Virus record (IMG/VR): IMGVR_UViG_3300047562_003246
Coordinates: 121,238 to 185,237 of that record
Reading direction: 5' to 3' (one strand)
Origin: a virus
DNA: 64,000 nt
Shown here piece after piece: positions 37,932 to 47,442 of this stretch. The stretch's first letter is position 1. Each line of letters starts with the position of its first letter. A model generated the notes under the pieces. It saw only the letters and a list, made by a program, of their open reading frames with translations. It ran no database searches and was not told where the DNA came from. The position numbers and the translations under genes are program-made.

Positions 37932-38669
37932 GTGACGATACGTTGGAAAGCCTGCGTCGTAGCTACGTCTACATCATCCAAACTGAACGAAGTAAGCATC
38001 GATCAGTTACAGCAGAGCGGCTGGGAAGATATTTTGGTCTATGCGCCCAGGGGTGCAAGACTTTCCGATAGACATGACGTTGCTCTATGTCGTTGTAACA
38101 ACGTCAGCATTAAAGATCAGAATTGCGATTATCAGATGGTTTATACTGCACTTGATGCAGTGATAACCGCTTCGATGCGAGATACAACGTTTATCGTTGT
38201 GGCAAAGCCAGGAGTATTCTGCTGGGAGCAATTACAGCATTATTGTGAGTCTCAGTTAGAGCCGAGCAGATTAGCTGTTTATTGTTTCAATACTCCAAAT
38301 CTGTTATTTGACTCAGAACGATGTCGAAGACCTGAACCGTATAACGGCGATGGCTTTTATAGGATTGCAGTCAAAGACAGACTTCTAGCTGCGGATTTCT
38401 TTGTACTGACACCAGCTACGGCAAAAGTTTTGCTAGCTATCTTGCCTAACGTCGAAAAGGAAGACCACACCAAGGCAGAGGCATTTAATACGTTTGCACA
38501 CGCACTTGGTAACGCAGCTTTTAATATGCGATCGCTTGAGCTTTACTATCACATGCGATCACTAGTAAGGACGCACGGCGCTCCGTGCGACGATTTTGTC
38601 GGTGTTAGTTACGTTATGCCGAACAAAGAACTAAACGAGATTAAAGATCTCAATGTTTGGAAGGCGTGA
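37932..38669 (+). CDS. Hypothetical protein
   Basis: 245 aa. Confidence 0.6.
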   Translation: MTIRWKACVVATSTSSKLNEVSIDQLQQSGWEDILVYAPRGARLSDRHDVALCRCNNVSIKDQNCDYQMVYTALDAVITASMRDTTFIVVAKPGVFCWEQLQHYCESQLEPSRLAVYCFNTPNLLFDSERCRRPEPYNGDGFYRIAVKDRLLAADFFVLTPATAKVLLAILPNVEKEDHTKAEAFNTFAHALGNAAFNMRSLELYYHMRSLVRTHGAPCDDFVGVSYVMPNKELNEIKDLNVWKA

Positions 38670-38713
38670 TTAACAAGTGTTTTGTTGAATGGTTTCTCTA
38701 GAAAAGGAAAGGT

Positions 38714-39184
38714 ATGAGTTACATCGAAAGAAAGCAAGTTCAGGCTAATGACCCTGAAGTAGTCGCTTACATGCTGATGCATCGCGGCGTTACTGTGTCG
38801 ACAGGCAAGGCCGAAATTAAGACGGCTAAAGAAGTTGCCGACGCGATTCGTAACAAACAGCTCCTGTATCTGCACCACGCAGCAACAGGCTCTCGCGGCA
38901 TGTTATCAACCAATAAGGCTGGTGAACTGGAATTCAGTTATGACACTGATTACCCGGTACATACATCCAAAGGTATGACGCTTTACGAAATGTTTGTCTC
39001 GGGTGCAACACACGCGACCGAGGCTTATCTGCAAGCAGCAGTCATGCTGCATCAAGACCAGCTAGGTAATCAATACGAAGTGATGAACGACGTATTGGGT
39101 ACCGACAATGTTTGGCACGCGGGGGAGATGAAAATCTTCCAGTCTGATTCTCAGTCTCAAATGTTAGGTGCTACATCTATATGA
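38714..39184 (+). CDS. DUF1257 (Ycf35)-like protein
   Basis: MSYIERK...DPEVVAYML resembles the family N-terminus; context with DUF2997-like and AAA genes. Confidence 0.5.
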   Translation: MSYIERKQVQANDPEVVAYMLMHRGVTVSTGKAEIKTAKEVADAIRNKQLLYLHHAATGSRGMLSTNKAGELEFSYDTDYPVHTSKGMTLYEMFVSGATHATEAYLQAAVMLHQDQLGNQYEVMNDVLGTDNVWHAGEMKIFQSDSQSQMLGATSI

Positions 39185-39384
39185 TGGACGAAAAATTCAT
39201 TTCCGTACGATTTGACAAAGTTCCCGGTCAGGTCGAAGCTGAAACCATGGGTTTCAAGGGAACAGCTTGTCAGGACACGATGAAACAAGTTCTTGGTACT
39301 TTGGGCACTACCACAAGTACTGAACTGACTGACGACTACTACGAGAATCCGGATCCTCAAGCAGAGACCGAATCTCAATTGTAG
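39181..39384 (+). CDS. DUF2997-like small protein
   Basis: GQVEAETMGFKGTAC...LG...TDDYY pattern. Confidence 0.65.
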   Translation: MMDEKFISVRFDKVPGQVEAETMGFKGTACQDTMKQVLGTLGTTTSTELTDDYYENPDPQAETESQL

Positions 39385-39403
39385 TATCTCGCACTTTCTC
39401 TTT

Positions 39404-41128
39404 GTGCGTTTAGTTTCTATTTCTATCCGAAGGTTAAAAATGCCGAGTTTCATTGAAGAATTCGGCAACTACCTCAAAGCAGGCTTCGGCGGTCTAACTG
39501 TTAAGACCGTCGAAGCTTTTGATTTGGTGGAGTTGCTTGAATCAAAACAAGAAGAATACAAGTATGTCTTGTTGTTGTTTGCTCCAGGTGTACCGCTTAC
39601 TGTGGTAACTGGTCGATCCGTAGTCGACGAGAAACTAGGACAAGTCCAACAAGTCGTCTCAGGTCAAGCTGTTTGGCAGGACCTAGTGCTGCGTAAGATC
39701 CGTCAGGCGGAACCAAGCACTGGCGTAGGTCCAGACTTGGTTAAACATACCAATCAGCTACAAAGACTGAACGCGTATTTGCTTGACCAATACGGCGAGC
39801 AAAGCAATCAGGAAATTATGGCTGACGGTGGAATCCATTTTGTCGTCTTGTTTCAAAACGTGCTATCACCTGAGTTAGCAAAGAATCAGGCAATGATTCA
39901 GTATTTGCAGTCAGGTGCCTACGCAGGTAAAAGTTCAGGGGTGACTTACGTCATCCATTCTTTTGATGGACAGGTCGGTCCACAGCTGGAACCTTATTAT
40001 CCAGTACTGGATTTCAAACTACCCGAGCAGTCTGAATGTATTAATATTATTCAGCCTGTATTGAGCGACGGCGCTGAGTTATGGGACGAACAACCTGTAG
40101 CTGAAGCAGAGCTACTTGAGATTGCGAGGGCGACCAAAGGTTTGACCCGTAGGCAGATCGAGGATACGACTGCTTTGCTTGTACGCAAGAGGCAGCACCG
40201 TGATCCTACTGCTTATAAGCAGCTCAAGATCAGTGTTGCCGAGCAGAACGGTTTGTTTAAAGTCGTACCAGTCGATAAGAACAAGGACAAGTTATTTGGG
40301 CTGGACGGTTTAGTTGACTTTGCATCACCGCTTTTGAAACATGGTAGTACCACGAATAAGGACATACGTCCGAAAGGTTTACTATTCGTGGGACCGCCAG
40401 GGAGCGGTAAGACCGCAGCGTCATCGTTGCTTGCGGAAACGTCTAATAGGACGTTATGTCAGGTTGACCTTGGTAGTCTACGCAGCAAGTGGGTAGGCGA
40501 GACCGAGTCTCGGGTTGATCGTATGTTTGAGATGGTCGAGTCATTAGCTCCAGCGATGCTGCTAGTTGACGAGGTTGAGAAGAGCCTCGACGGTGCACAA
40601 TCGTCTGGTGAGACTGACGGTGGCCTTGGTTCTCGGGTTCTAGGCAAGTTCTTGACCTGGGCTCAAGATCACGAAGAGGATGTTTTACTCGTTGCGACTG
40701 CAAACGACATCACAAGGATTACTGATAATTTTCCTGAGATGTTACGTGCCGAACGTTTTGACGCAATGTTTATGTTTGACTTGCCTAATCCTGACGCACG
40801 CAGACAGATGTGGCGTTATTACATGGGCAAGTTCGGTTTGGATAAGCCAATTTCGTCGCTACTAGATGAGTTGGTATCGGAAAGCGATAACTGGACAGGT
40901 GCCGAGATTCGTGCATGCTGTCGGTTAGCCGCGATACGTGAGGTATCAGTTAAACAGCAACTGTCTTTGGTGCCGAACGTTTACAAGGTGGCTACTGACG
41001 TAGTCGAAGGTGTTCGTAGTCACGCTGCCGGTCGATTTATCGACGCAGACAGCGGACTGGTCTATTCCAACAAGTCTCAAGCACAGGAAAAAAAGATTGT
41101 CCGCAAACGAAGAGTCACTCATTCGTAG
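39404..41128 (+). CDS. AAA+ ATPase, Ycf46-like
   Basis: GPPGSGKT, LLVDEVEK, VATAN, LRAERFD, WTGAEI. Confidence 0.88.
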   Translation: MRLVSISIRRLKMPSFIEEFGNYLKAGFGGLTVKTVEAFDLVELLESKQEEYKYVLLLFAPGVPLTVVTGRSVVDEKLGQVQQVVSGQAVWQDLVLRKIRQAEPSTGVGPDLVKHTNQLQRLNAYLLDQYGEQSNQEIMADGGIHFVVLFQNVLSPELAKNQAMIQYLQSGAYAGKSSGVTYVIHSFDGQVGPQLEPYYPVLDFKLPEQSECINIIQPVLSDGAELWDEQPVAEAELLEIARATKGLTRRQIEDTTALLVRKRQHRDPTAYKQLKISVAEQNGLFKVVPVDKNKDKLFGLDGLVDFASPLLKHGSTTNKDIRPKGLLFVGPPGSGKTAASSLLAETSNRTLCQVDLGSLRSKWVGETESRVDRMFEMVESLAPAMLLVDEVEKSLDGAQSSGETDGGLGSRVLGKFLTWAQDHEEDVLLVATANDITRITDNFPEMLRAERFDAMFMFDLPNPDARRQMWRYYMGKFGLDKPISSLLDELVSESDNWTGAEIRACCRLAAIREVSVKQQLSLVPNVYKVATDVVEGVRSHAAGRFIDADSGLVYSNKSQAQEKKIVRKRRVTHS

Positions 41129-42344
41129 AAAGAAAAAGAAGAAAAAGAAACGTTTGGTTATTACACAGCCTAACCTTCCTTTTGAGTCTCCAGCGCAGGA
41201 TCCTACAAAACCTGCTGAGTCTTCTGAGACCGCCAGAATAATACGACGCAAAAAAGGTAAACGTCGTAAGAAAGTAAAGGTTACGACCGCCCGAGTGCCT
41301 AAAGAGCGAACAGAAGTCACTCTCGATAAAGAGGCACTAGCTAATGGTGTTAAAAGTCTATCAATGCGTGGCCGAGCTTACAGATTGTCGTTAGGGCATC
41401 TGGGCTCATCAAGAGTAGCCACTGAAGCTGAACGCGGACGTATTCTCCGCGAAGATGTAGACGCACTAAGTGTGCGCAAGAATTTGTTTCATCCGGATGA
41501 TCCGTTCATTAAGCAATTACGATCAGGGCAAGTAAGAATCCGAGATAGGTTCTTTGCCCTGACGCTGGCTCATCCGGAAAAAGCAACAAGACTGTTCGTT
41601 GCTAAGAATCCGAAAATGCTTGACCAGTCGAAAAAGAACTGGGAAGACATGACGGAGCAGGAAATCGAAGAAGAAATGGCAAGTCAGCTTGACCTATTCC
41701 ATAAAGAGATGCAAGAAATTATCGACAACTATACGGCAACTGAAGTTCAGGCTGTGATCGATAATTATGACGCTATCTTGAGCGCTGCCCGTGAGCACTT
41801 GGAAGATCTTTTCGATCCGCAACAGTATGTGACGAAGGGCGACCTGACTCGTTGTCTTTACGTAGAGTTTCATCCGGTACCATCTGTGCTACCGCCTGAG
41901 TATTCTCGTATCGATCCGACGATGCAAGCTCGCGTAGCTAATTATCTACGCGAACAATTAGAGTCTGCTCTGGCTATACAGCTCGAACAGATCGAACAGT
42001 CTTTAACTGAGTCGATCAGTGGACTGGCTGAGCGTGTGTCTTCTATCAGCAGCGACAGTACTCAACGGTTCTACCAAAGCCGTGTTGAGAATGTTTTCAC
42101 TGCAATACAGGACTACGAAAAGGTAGTGCAGTCTCTTGGTATCACGTTTGGTGAATCACTAGGTCAACGACTGACGAGCATTCGTGCTTCGCTCAATCAA
42201 GCTGGTGATAATCCGAAACAGATCATCGAGCGAATGCGTACGAACGAGAATATCCGAAAGGATATTCTTAGTAACTTGAACGAAAGCCTTTCACAGGTCG
42301 AGTTGGCTTTCGAGCCAGTTCGCCGCCGGGTTAAAATTGACTGA
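41010..42344 (+). CDS. Hypothetical coiled-coil protein of the AAA module (start uncertain)
   Basis: Long ORF directly after the AAA gene; TTG41154 is an alternative start. Confidence 0.65.
   Translation: MFVVTLPVDLSTQTADWSIPTSLKHRKKRLSANEESLIRRKKKKKKKRLVITQPNLPFESPAQDPTKPAESSETARIIRRKKGKRRKKVKVTTARVPKERTEVTLDKEALANGVKSLSMRGRAYRLSLGHLGSSRVATEAERGRILREDVDALSVRKNLFHPDDPFIKQLRSGQVRIRDRFFALTLAHPEKATRLFVAKNPKMLDQSKKNWEDMTEQEIEEEMASQLDLFHKEMQEIIDNYTATEVQAVIDNYDAILSAAREHLEDLFDPQQYVTKGDLTRCLYVEFHPVPSVLPPEYSRIDPTMQARVANYLREQLESALAIQLEQIEQSLTESISGLAERVSSISSDSTQRFYQSRVENVFTAIQDYEKVVQSLGITFGESLGQRLTSIRASLNQAGDNPKQIIERMRTNENIRKDILSNLNESLSQVELAFEPVRRRVKID
41193..41206 (-). repeat. 14-bp motif copy 7
   Basis: GCGCAGGATCCTAC, read as AQDPT. 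Confidence 0.97.
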
Positions 42345-42682
42345 TGTTAATTGTTAAATTTCAAGACGGAGCGATTTATCATATTTTTGATGATCGCTTC
42401 GTCGATCAACCGAAGGTGTCTAAGAGAAAAGTCGCCAGACTGTCGACAATTGAGTGGTGCAATCTTAAGCAAGGTTTTGAGGTAAGGTGGCACCCTATTT
42501 TGCTGCAGTGGATCGACGGTTTAAGCGCGTTATGTAACGATACGTATAAAACCCGAGAAGCTGCTTTGCAAGCAGAAAATGACAGCGTGAATCTTTTGAT
42601 GCAGCTTCCTGGATCAACTTTGACGTTTGATCTGGTGCTGGCAAATGACGTTAGTCTAGACCAATTTCGTTGTCGCGAATAG
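42344..42682 (+). CDS. Small protein of the AAA module
   Basis: DGAIYHIF..RKVARLSTIEW..TREAALQAE. Confidence 0.55.
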   Translation: MLIVKFQDGAIYHIFDDRFVDQPKVSKRKVARLSTIEWCNLKQGFEVRWHPILLQWIDGLSALCNDTYKTREAALQAENDSVNLLMQLPGSTLTFDLVLANDVSLDQFRCRE

Positions 42683-42711
42683 TTTTTCGCAGTAACGTTA
42701 TCTACAACTTT

Positions 42712-42752
42712 GGGGGTGGTTTTGTCTATTTTACAGAACCACCCCCTCTTTG
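42712..42752 (+). terminator. Probable terminator hairpin
   Basis: GGGGGTGGTT / AACCACCCCC followed by TCTTTGTTT. Confidence 0.6.
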
Positions 42753-42868
42753 TTTGTATAAAAAAGTTTACAAAAATAACATCTGAAATTTTTGTTAATT
42801 TATTTACATAAGGAGATACGCAAGTTAGCCGTTCAAAATACAAGGAAATACCGTATGTTTCGGTACAA

Positions 42869-43597
42869 ATCGGCAACATAAAGTTAGGAGACAGGATAGG
42901 AAGTTACTCGATACCTGCCAAGAAAACTTGTCCAGGTAAGTCAAAAGCGTGTTCAGAGAGGTGTTTTGGGATAAAAGGCAATTACAAGTGGCGAGTTGTG
43001 CAAAACAGCCACCAAGCCAATTTAGAAGCAAGTTACCGACCGGACTTTGCAGATATTCTTACAGCTAGGTTTGCCGCTTTAGATTTACCAGTAAACCGAA
43101 TTCATGCTGTTGGAGATTTCTATGACGCAGCAGAAGAGTATGGCGCTAGTGATCCAACCGAGTACGTGAGGAAAATAATACAAGTCGTAGACAACTTGCC
43201 TTATCAGCATTTCTTTGCGTATACCCGCAGCTGGGAAGTCGACTCTCTTAAATTTGCGCTACGTGAACTAGGCCGCAGAGATAACTTTACGTTGTTGTTA
43301 TCGATGGACCGCACGATGTCTGTTCCAGGTAGATTTTGGAAAGGTTTTAGTCGAGCCTGGATGGCGATAAGTGATGTTGATGCTCCGCGAGTTAAAGTAC
43401 ACGTAGTATTTCGTGCGGGTAGTCGAAAGATGCCATTGAAAAAAGACATCGCGGGCAATCAGGTTTGTCCAGCCGAGCAAGGCGTGAAACGCAAGAAAAA
43501 AGTAACTTGCACAAACTGCGGAATCTGTTACGACCATGCGCCGGTATACTCAATTAGTAACGTAAAAGGATCGGCAGCCGCAATTATTAAAAATTAG
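42869..43597 (+). CDS. Gp88-like (radical-SAM-like Cys cluster) phage protein; start non-canonical or frameshifted
   Basis: Frame of the 42998 ORF is open from 42812 and encodes GNIKLG...SIPAKKTCPGKSKACSERCF; later RIHAVGDFY, FFAYTRSW, CTNCGIC. Confidence 0.65.
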   Translation: MGNIKLGDRIGSYSIPAKKTCPGKSKACSERCFGIKGNYKWRVVQNSHQANLEASYRPDFADILTARFAALDLPVNRIHAVGDFYDAAEEYGASDPTEYVRKIIQVVDNLPYQHFFAYTRSWEVDSLKFALRELGRRDNFTLLLSMDRTMSVPGRFWKGFSRAWMAISDVDAPRVKVHVVFRAGSRKMPLKKDIAGNQVCPAEQGVKRKKKVTCTNCGICYDHAPVYSISNVKGSAAAIIKN

Positions 43598-43667
43598 GGA
43601 GAATACTTGCAGGGACGTTATCTGTGGTATGCTATGGACTGCCATGTCAGATTATTCGTAATGAAAG

Positions 43668-44303
43668 GTGATAAGCATGGCTGTCTCATTTTTTCGAAAA
43701 CTATGCCGCTTTTTGTGCGGTTGTTTCGAAGATGAATGTGTACCATTTCCGGAAGGTTTCAATTTCAGAAGTCCACGCCAAGTGGACGAATTCGTGAACG
43801 AGGAAAAAGTTATGGCAAGAGTCGAAATGGCAGTCATGGAAGTTGATCTTCCAGATGCAACGCTCGCGAAAAATGTTGACTTGCAGCTTCTAGAGGTGTC
43901 TTTTGACGAAGCACCTCAGTACAACCAAGTGCTTCGCTTGGCTCGTACAGAACGAGTTGCTCGTTACATCGTTCCAGAAAATGCCGTTTACAACCTGCGA
44001 TTAGGTTACGCAGACGATAACGGCAATGGCAATCTTCAAGTTTCGTGGGCAGCTCCGGTTCAGTTGACGCACGAAGATACTTTGGCACCCGATGCTCCAG
44101 GTCCATTCGGTGAAATCCGTATGGTTGACGAATATGTTGTGGACGAGGAGCCAGGAGAGCCTACACCTCCAGGCGAGCCTCTGCCACCAGTTGAAGAACC
44201 ACCGGTTGAAGAACCACCGGTTGAAGAACCACCGGTTGAAGAGCCGCCGGTTGAACCACTACCTGGAGAGCCGGGCGAAGACGGGACACAGCCTCAGGCT
44301 TAA
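43668..44303 (+). CDS. Putative Ig/FN3-like structural protein with PPVEE repeats
   Basis: YNLRLGYADDNGN..S beta-rich domain; APDAPG linker; Pro/Glu tail. Confidence 0.5.
   Translation: MISMAVSFFRKLCRFLCGCFEDECVPFPEGFNFRSPRQVDEFVNEEKVMARVEMAVMEVDLPDATLAKNVDLQLLEVSFDEAPQYNQVLRLARTERVARYIVPENAVYNLRLGYADDNGNGNLQVSWAAPVQLTHEDTLAPDAPGPFGEIRMVDEYVVDEEPGEPTPPGEPLPPVEEPPVEEPPVEEPPVEEPPVEPLPGEPGEDGTQPQA
44184..44255 (+). repeat. 15-bp coding tandem repeat (PPVEE, about 5 copies)
   Basis: CCACCGGTTGAAGAA units. Confidence 0.9.
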
Positions 44304-44328
44304 TTTCAATTTCGCTTGAATCAATCGT

Positions 44329-44365
44329 AAAGCTGGCAGCATAAAACCTGCCAGCTTTTTTTTTT
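44329..44365 (+). terminator. Intrinsic terminator
   Basis: AAAGCTGGCAG / CTGCCAGCTTT + long T run. Confidence 0.88.
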
Positions 44366-44394
44366 ATTTACTACAACAATAAAAAAGAGATGCC

Positions 44395-44808
44395 ATGAAA
44401 AAATTGCCATTCGGCGGGAAGCCTGTGAGGTTTTCAAAAAATGTAAAGTCAACCATCTTCATACGTTTCGCTTACAGACCAGACACGTTCAATACGGAGA
44501 AGTGTGTGCTGGGTGGTCACATCGACTTGACAGCATCGCTCTATGCGACCAAAGGTGCAAAAACAGTGTGCATGCGTGACTCCCTTGTCGACGAGGAACA
44601 TCGTTTCAAGTTCGACGAGGCTGACGCGTTTACATCCGAGCCAGCTGAGTACGCCTTGAAGAAAGTGCAAGGCGTTCTTACATCAGCGGTGAAAGTCCCT
44701 GGCGACATCAAAACGCAGAGGCTTATCGCTGAGCATATCGCTGGTTTGGTTGAGTATGTCAAGAAAGAAATGTCTCCAGAACGGATTCGAAAAATTGCAA
44801 AAGGTTAG
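44395..44808 (+). CDS. Hypothetical protein
   Basis: 137 aa. Confidence 0.6.
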   Translation: MKKLPFGGKPVRFSKNVKSTIFIRFAYRPDTFNTEKCVLGGHIDLTASLYATKGAKTVCMRDSLVDEEHRFKFDEADAFTSEPAEYALKKVQGVLTSAVKVPGDIKTQRLIAEHIAGLVEYVKKEMSPERIRKIAKG

Positions 44809-45223
44809 TATCGTCGTTCCAACAGTAGAAGCCGCTAGCATGCTTGTCGACAAACTATTACATGTTTGTGCAAACAACATGGTGCAGCTGAAAATAGCAA
44901 ACGGAGTTTATTACGTCTGCTATGACTGGGACGAAGTTAATAACAAAGAAGCCAACCCTGTACTAATTCAATCAGAACATGGCAGGCTCGACTTTACTCA
45001 GTACTGGCTGGTGATCACGACAGAAGACGGACCTATACTTAGACGTGTATGGGTATCCAACGACTTCTTAGGTCACATTGACAGTGAGTTAGCAGACCGG
45101 ATAGCGGGGCAGGTAGTGCATAATTATGTAGGCGAGGCGGCACTAGAGTCCGCTTCGCTCATACCCGCCTCAGAAGTAAACCCATCGCCAGTGAAAATCA
45201 CTTGCATGGGAGAAATCGTTTAA
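44750..45223 (+). CDS. Hypothetical protein
   Basis: 157 aa; start may be downstream. Confidence 0.55.
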   Translation: MSMSRKKCLQNGFEKLQKVSIVVPTVEAASMLVDKLLHVCANNMVQLKIANGVYYVCYDWDEVNNKEANPVLIQSEHGRLDFTQYWLVITTEDGPILRRVWVSNDFLGHIDSELADRIAGQVVHNYVGEAALESASLIPASEVNPSPVKITCMGEIV

Positions 45224-45227
45224 ATCT

Positions 45228-45241
45228 GTAGGATCCTGCGC
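45228..45241 (+). repeat. 14-bp motif copy 8
   Basis: Exact; intergenic, 4 nt after a stop codon. Confidence 0.97.
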
Positions 45242-45248
45242 TGGATAG

Positions 45249-46523
45249 TTGAACATGAGTGAATTGCAGCCGTCAACAAGTTTCACCGGAAAACTGACTC
45301 GTAGTAGTTCAGGGTGGATTTTGTTAAGCCTTCCTTCGGCTATTCAGCGTGGATTTTTTCAGATTCTTGATGCTCCTGGTGCTGAATTACCGAAACGCAA
45401 TGGCAGAATAAATTGTCACGTTTCGGTAATTCGCCCAGAGGAGCTAGAAAAGATCGGCAATCCTCCGATCAACGAGATCGGTAAATCGTTTGCGATTCAG
45501 TTCGGCAAGATCGTCGAAACAAATCCGATTGGCTGGGACGAGATGGACCGTGTTTGGTTCATGAAAATTACTAGTCCCGAGCTAGTAAAGCTAAGAAGAT
45601 CCTACGGTCTGTCTGACCTACCTAAACGTAATCGGACAACTTTAGGCTTTCATATGACTATTGCTGTCAGACGCAAGGGCGTTCTTAAGGAAGGTCCAAT
45701 CGCCAAAGAAGCTGATGGCTGGACCTGGGACATGGTGCCTAAGGTTGCCGCGATCAGCGCTGCAGCATTACAGGATGCAGCAGCCGAGCAAGCCTACGCA
45801 CAGCTTGACAGGCCACGATATTCCAATACCATTGAGGCCCTCGGAGCTATAGGACAATTGTGGTCAGGTAAAAACTTAGGTATTCCCAATACGCCTAGTG
45901 CTCTTGCATCTATGCTCACCTTGGGTATCTTAGGAGCCGGATTGGGGTACGGTACTGGAAGGATTCAAGGCAATTTGATAAACATGTTTGCCGACAATGC
46001 AGTTGACCCGAAGAAGACAGCTCGCTCGGGCGCTTTGATTGGGTTGGGTGCTGGTTTAATACCCGGTTTACTGTACGCTGCTGGTAACTATAAAGCAGGT
46101 AAGCCGGTATTTACTGGTGCTTTTTTAAACGATAGAGATCCGCAGCTGCGATATGAAAACCCGTTACAGAAATACAGTTCTTATTCCAGCGGTGTAGCTT
46201 TCGATCCTGACATGTTCGCCAAACTAATCAACGAAGATCCCACCATGCGACAAGGATTGGATCCTAGAGAGCGAGCGATGGCTACAGGTCTTGTTGTTGG
46301 TGCTAAGCATTTGCCTGGACGGCCTAATTCATCGCTGGTGACTCCGCTTGACGTAACGCGTATGGCAATGGGAATGGGTACAGGCTATCTCAGTGGCGCG
46401 GTTGTCGGTAAAACGTTAGGTGCTCTCATGGGACTGTCAAAACCACTACAGCAAGAGTTGGTACGATCAGGTACATTTGCGGGCATGGTTAAAAATCTGA
46501 TTCCAATTGCTTACGGATACTGA
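45249..46523 (+). CDS. 2H phosphoesterase domain fused to Gly/Ala-rich putative virion protein
   Basis: Two Hx(S/T) motifs, CHVSV and FHMTI, about 78 aa apart; C-terminal hydrophobic Gly-rich helices. Confidence 0.65.
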   Translation: MNMSELQPSTSFTGKLTRSSSGWILLSLPSAIQRGFFQILDAPGAELPKRNGRINCHVSVIRPEELEKIGNPPINEIGKSFAIQFGKIVETNPIGWDEMDRVWFMKITSPELVKLRRSYGLSDLPKRNRTTLGFHMTIAVRRKGVLKEGPIAKEADGWTWDMVPKVAAISAAALQDAAAEQAYAQLDRPRYSNTIEALGAIGQLWSGKNLGIPNTPSALASMLTLGILGAGLGYGTGRIQGNLINMFADNAVDPKKTARSGALIGLGAGLIPGLLYAAGNYKAGKPVFTGAFLNDRDPQLRYENPLQKYSSYSSGVAFDPDMFAKLINEDPTMRQGLDPRERAMATGLVVGAKHLPGRPNSSLVTPLDVTRMAMGMGTGYLSGAVVGKTLGALMGLSKPLQQELVRSGTFAGMVKNLIPIAYGY

Positions 46524-46908
46524 GATGCGAAGACAAATAGGAAATAAAGTTGCAACACTAGCTACGAGCCAGTATCGGGCTATCGACGGGCGCATCAGTA
46601 TCACGCATACAAAAACAGGAGCCTATACAACTATCTCTGTGCGAGAAGCAAAGAAGAAGTTATCGGAAGTTGTCGAGGATTACAAAGCAATTGAAAAACG
46701 ACACAACTTTGTTGCTGACAAGATTCGTAAGTTCCACGAAGATATGAAAGCCGTGATCTACGAAGCTGAAATACAAGGGCCACCAGAAGAACAGGATATA
46801 CTTGCAGAAAGAGTAAGACGAAGAAAAGTACAGTCGCGAGTCGAAAGTAATCCATTAGGCTCAGGCTTTAAAGTCTCGTCATCTGGTTTAATACTGCCAA
46901 ACAATTAG
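46507..46908 (+). CDS. Hypothetical protein
   Basis: 133 aa. Confidence 0.55.
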   Translation: MLTDTEMRRQIGNKVATLATSQYRAIDGRISITHTKTGAYTTISVREAKKKLSEVVEDYKAIEKRHNFVADKIRKFHEDMKAVIYEAEIQGPPEEQDILAERVRRRKVQSRVESNPLGSGFKVSSSGLILPNN

Positions 46909-46918
46909 AGCCTGAATT

Positions 46919-47359
46919 ATGAGCCGCGAATTTAGACAAGCAATTATTGATCGTTTCATCGAAGAAGGTTTGACTATTGATGAAATGATCAAGAAAGCAA
47001 ACTTTATTGCGGACGTGTTTGAAGAGGGAGCCCAGCAGAAAACAGCGAACGCAGCGGCTGCGGGCGCAGGCGTGGGTGCTGCCGAAGCTGTAATCAGTTG
47101 GCTTGCATCGAGACTTGGTAACACGACAGACACAGCACTTCGTACGGCTGGAAATGTCGCAGCGAACGTAGCTCCTACGGTTCTGCTAGGTAGTGTTGCA
47201 TTACCTGTCGCTGCCGGATATTATGGCGGCAACATGTTGGGTAAGTTGACCGACCCAGGTGATGCGAAACTAAACGAAATCAAAAAACTCGAACAAATTG
47301 CGGAACTTCGACTGCAGACGGAAAGGCTTCGTCAGCAGAAGAAGATCAACAAAGTGTAA
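46919..47359 (+). CDS. Putative virion-internal protein
   Basis: KTA followed by Ala/Gly-rich hydrophobic helices. Confidence 0.55.
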   Translation: MSREFRQAIIDRFIEEGLTIDEMIKKANFIADVFEEGAQQKTANAAAAGAGVGAAEAVISWLASRLGNTTDTALRTAGNVAANVAPTVLLGSVALPVAAGYYGGNMLGKLTDPGDAKLNEIKKLEQIAELRLQTERLRQQKKINKV

Positions 47360-47442
47360 TTTTTAGCGCGTCGTTGGGTTCCATTATTCCGTTGCAGCTC
47401 ACGGCGAAAACGACGCGCTTTTTAATTCTATTGGCGGCTTAA

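Noticed and set aside
42767-42800. Sigma70-like promoter in AT-rich stretch
   Set aside because: TTTACA and the best -10 candidate are at implausible spacing.
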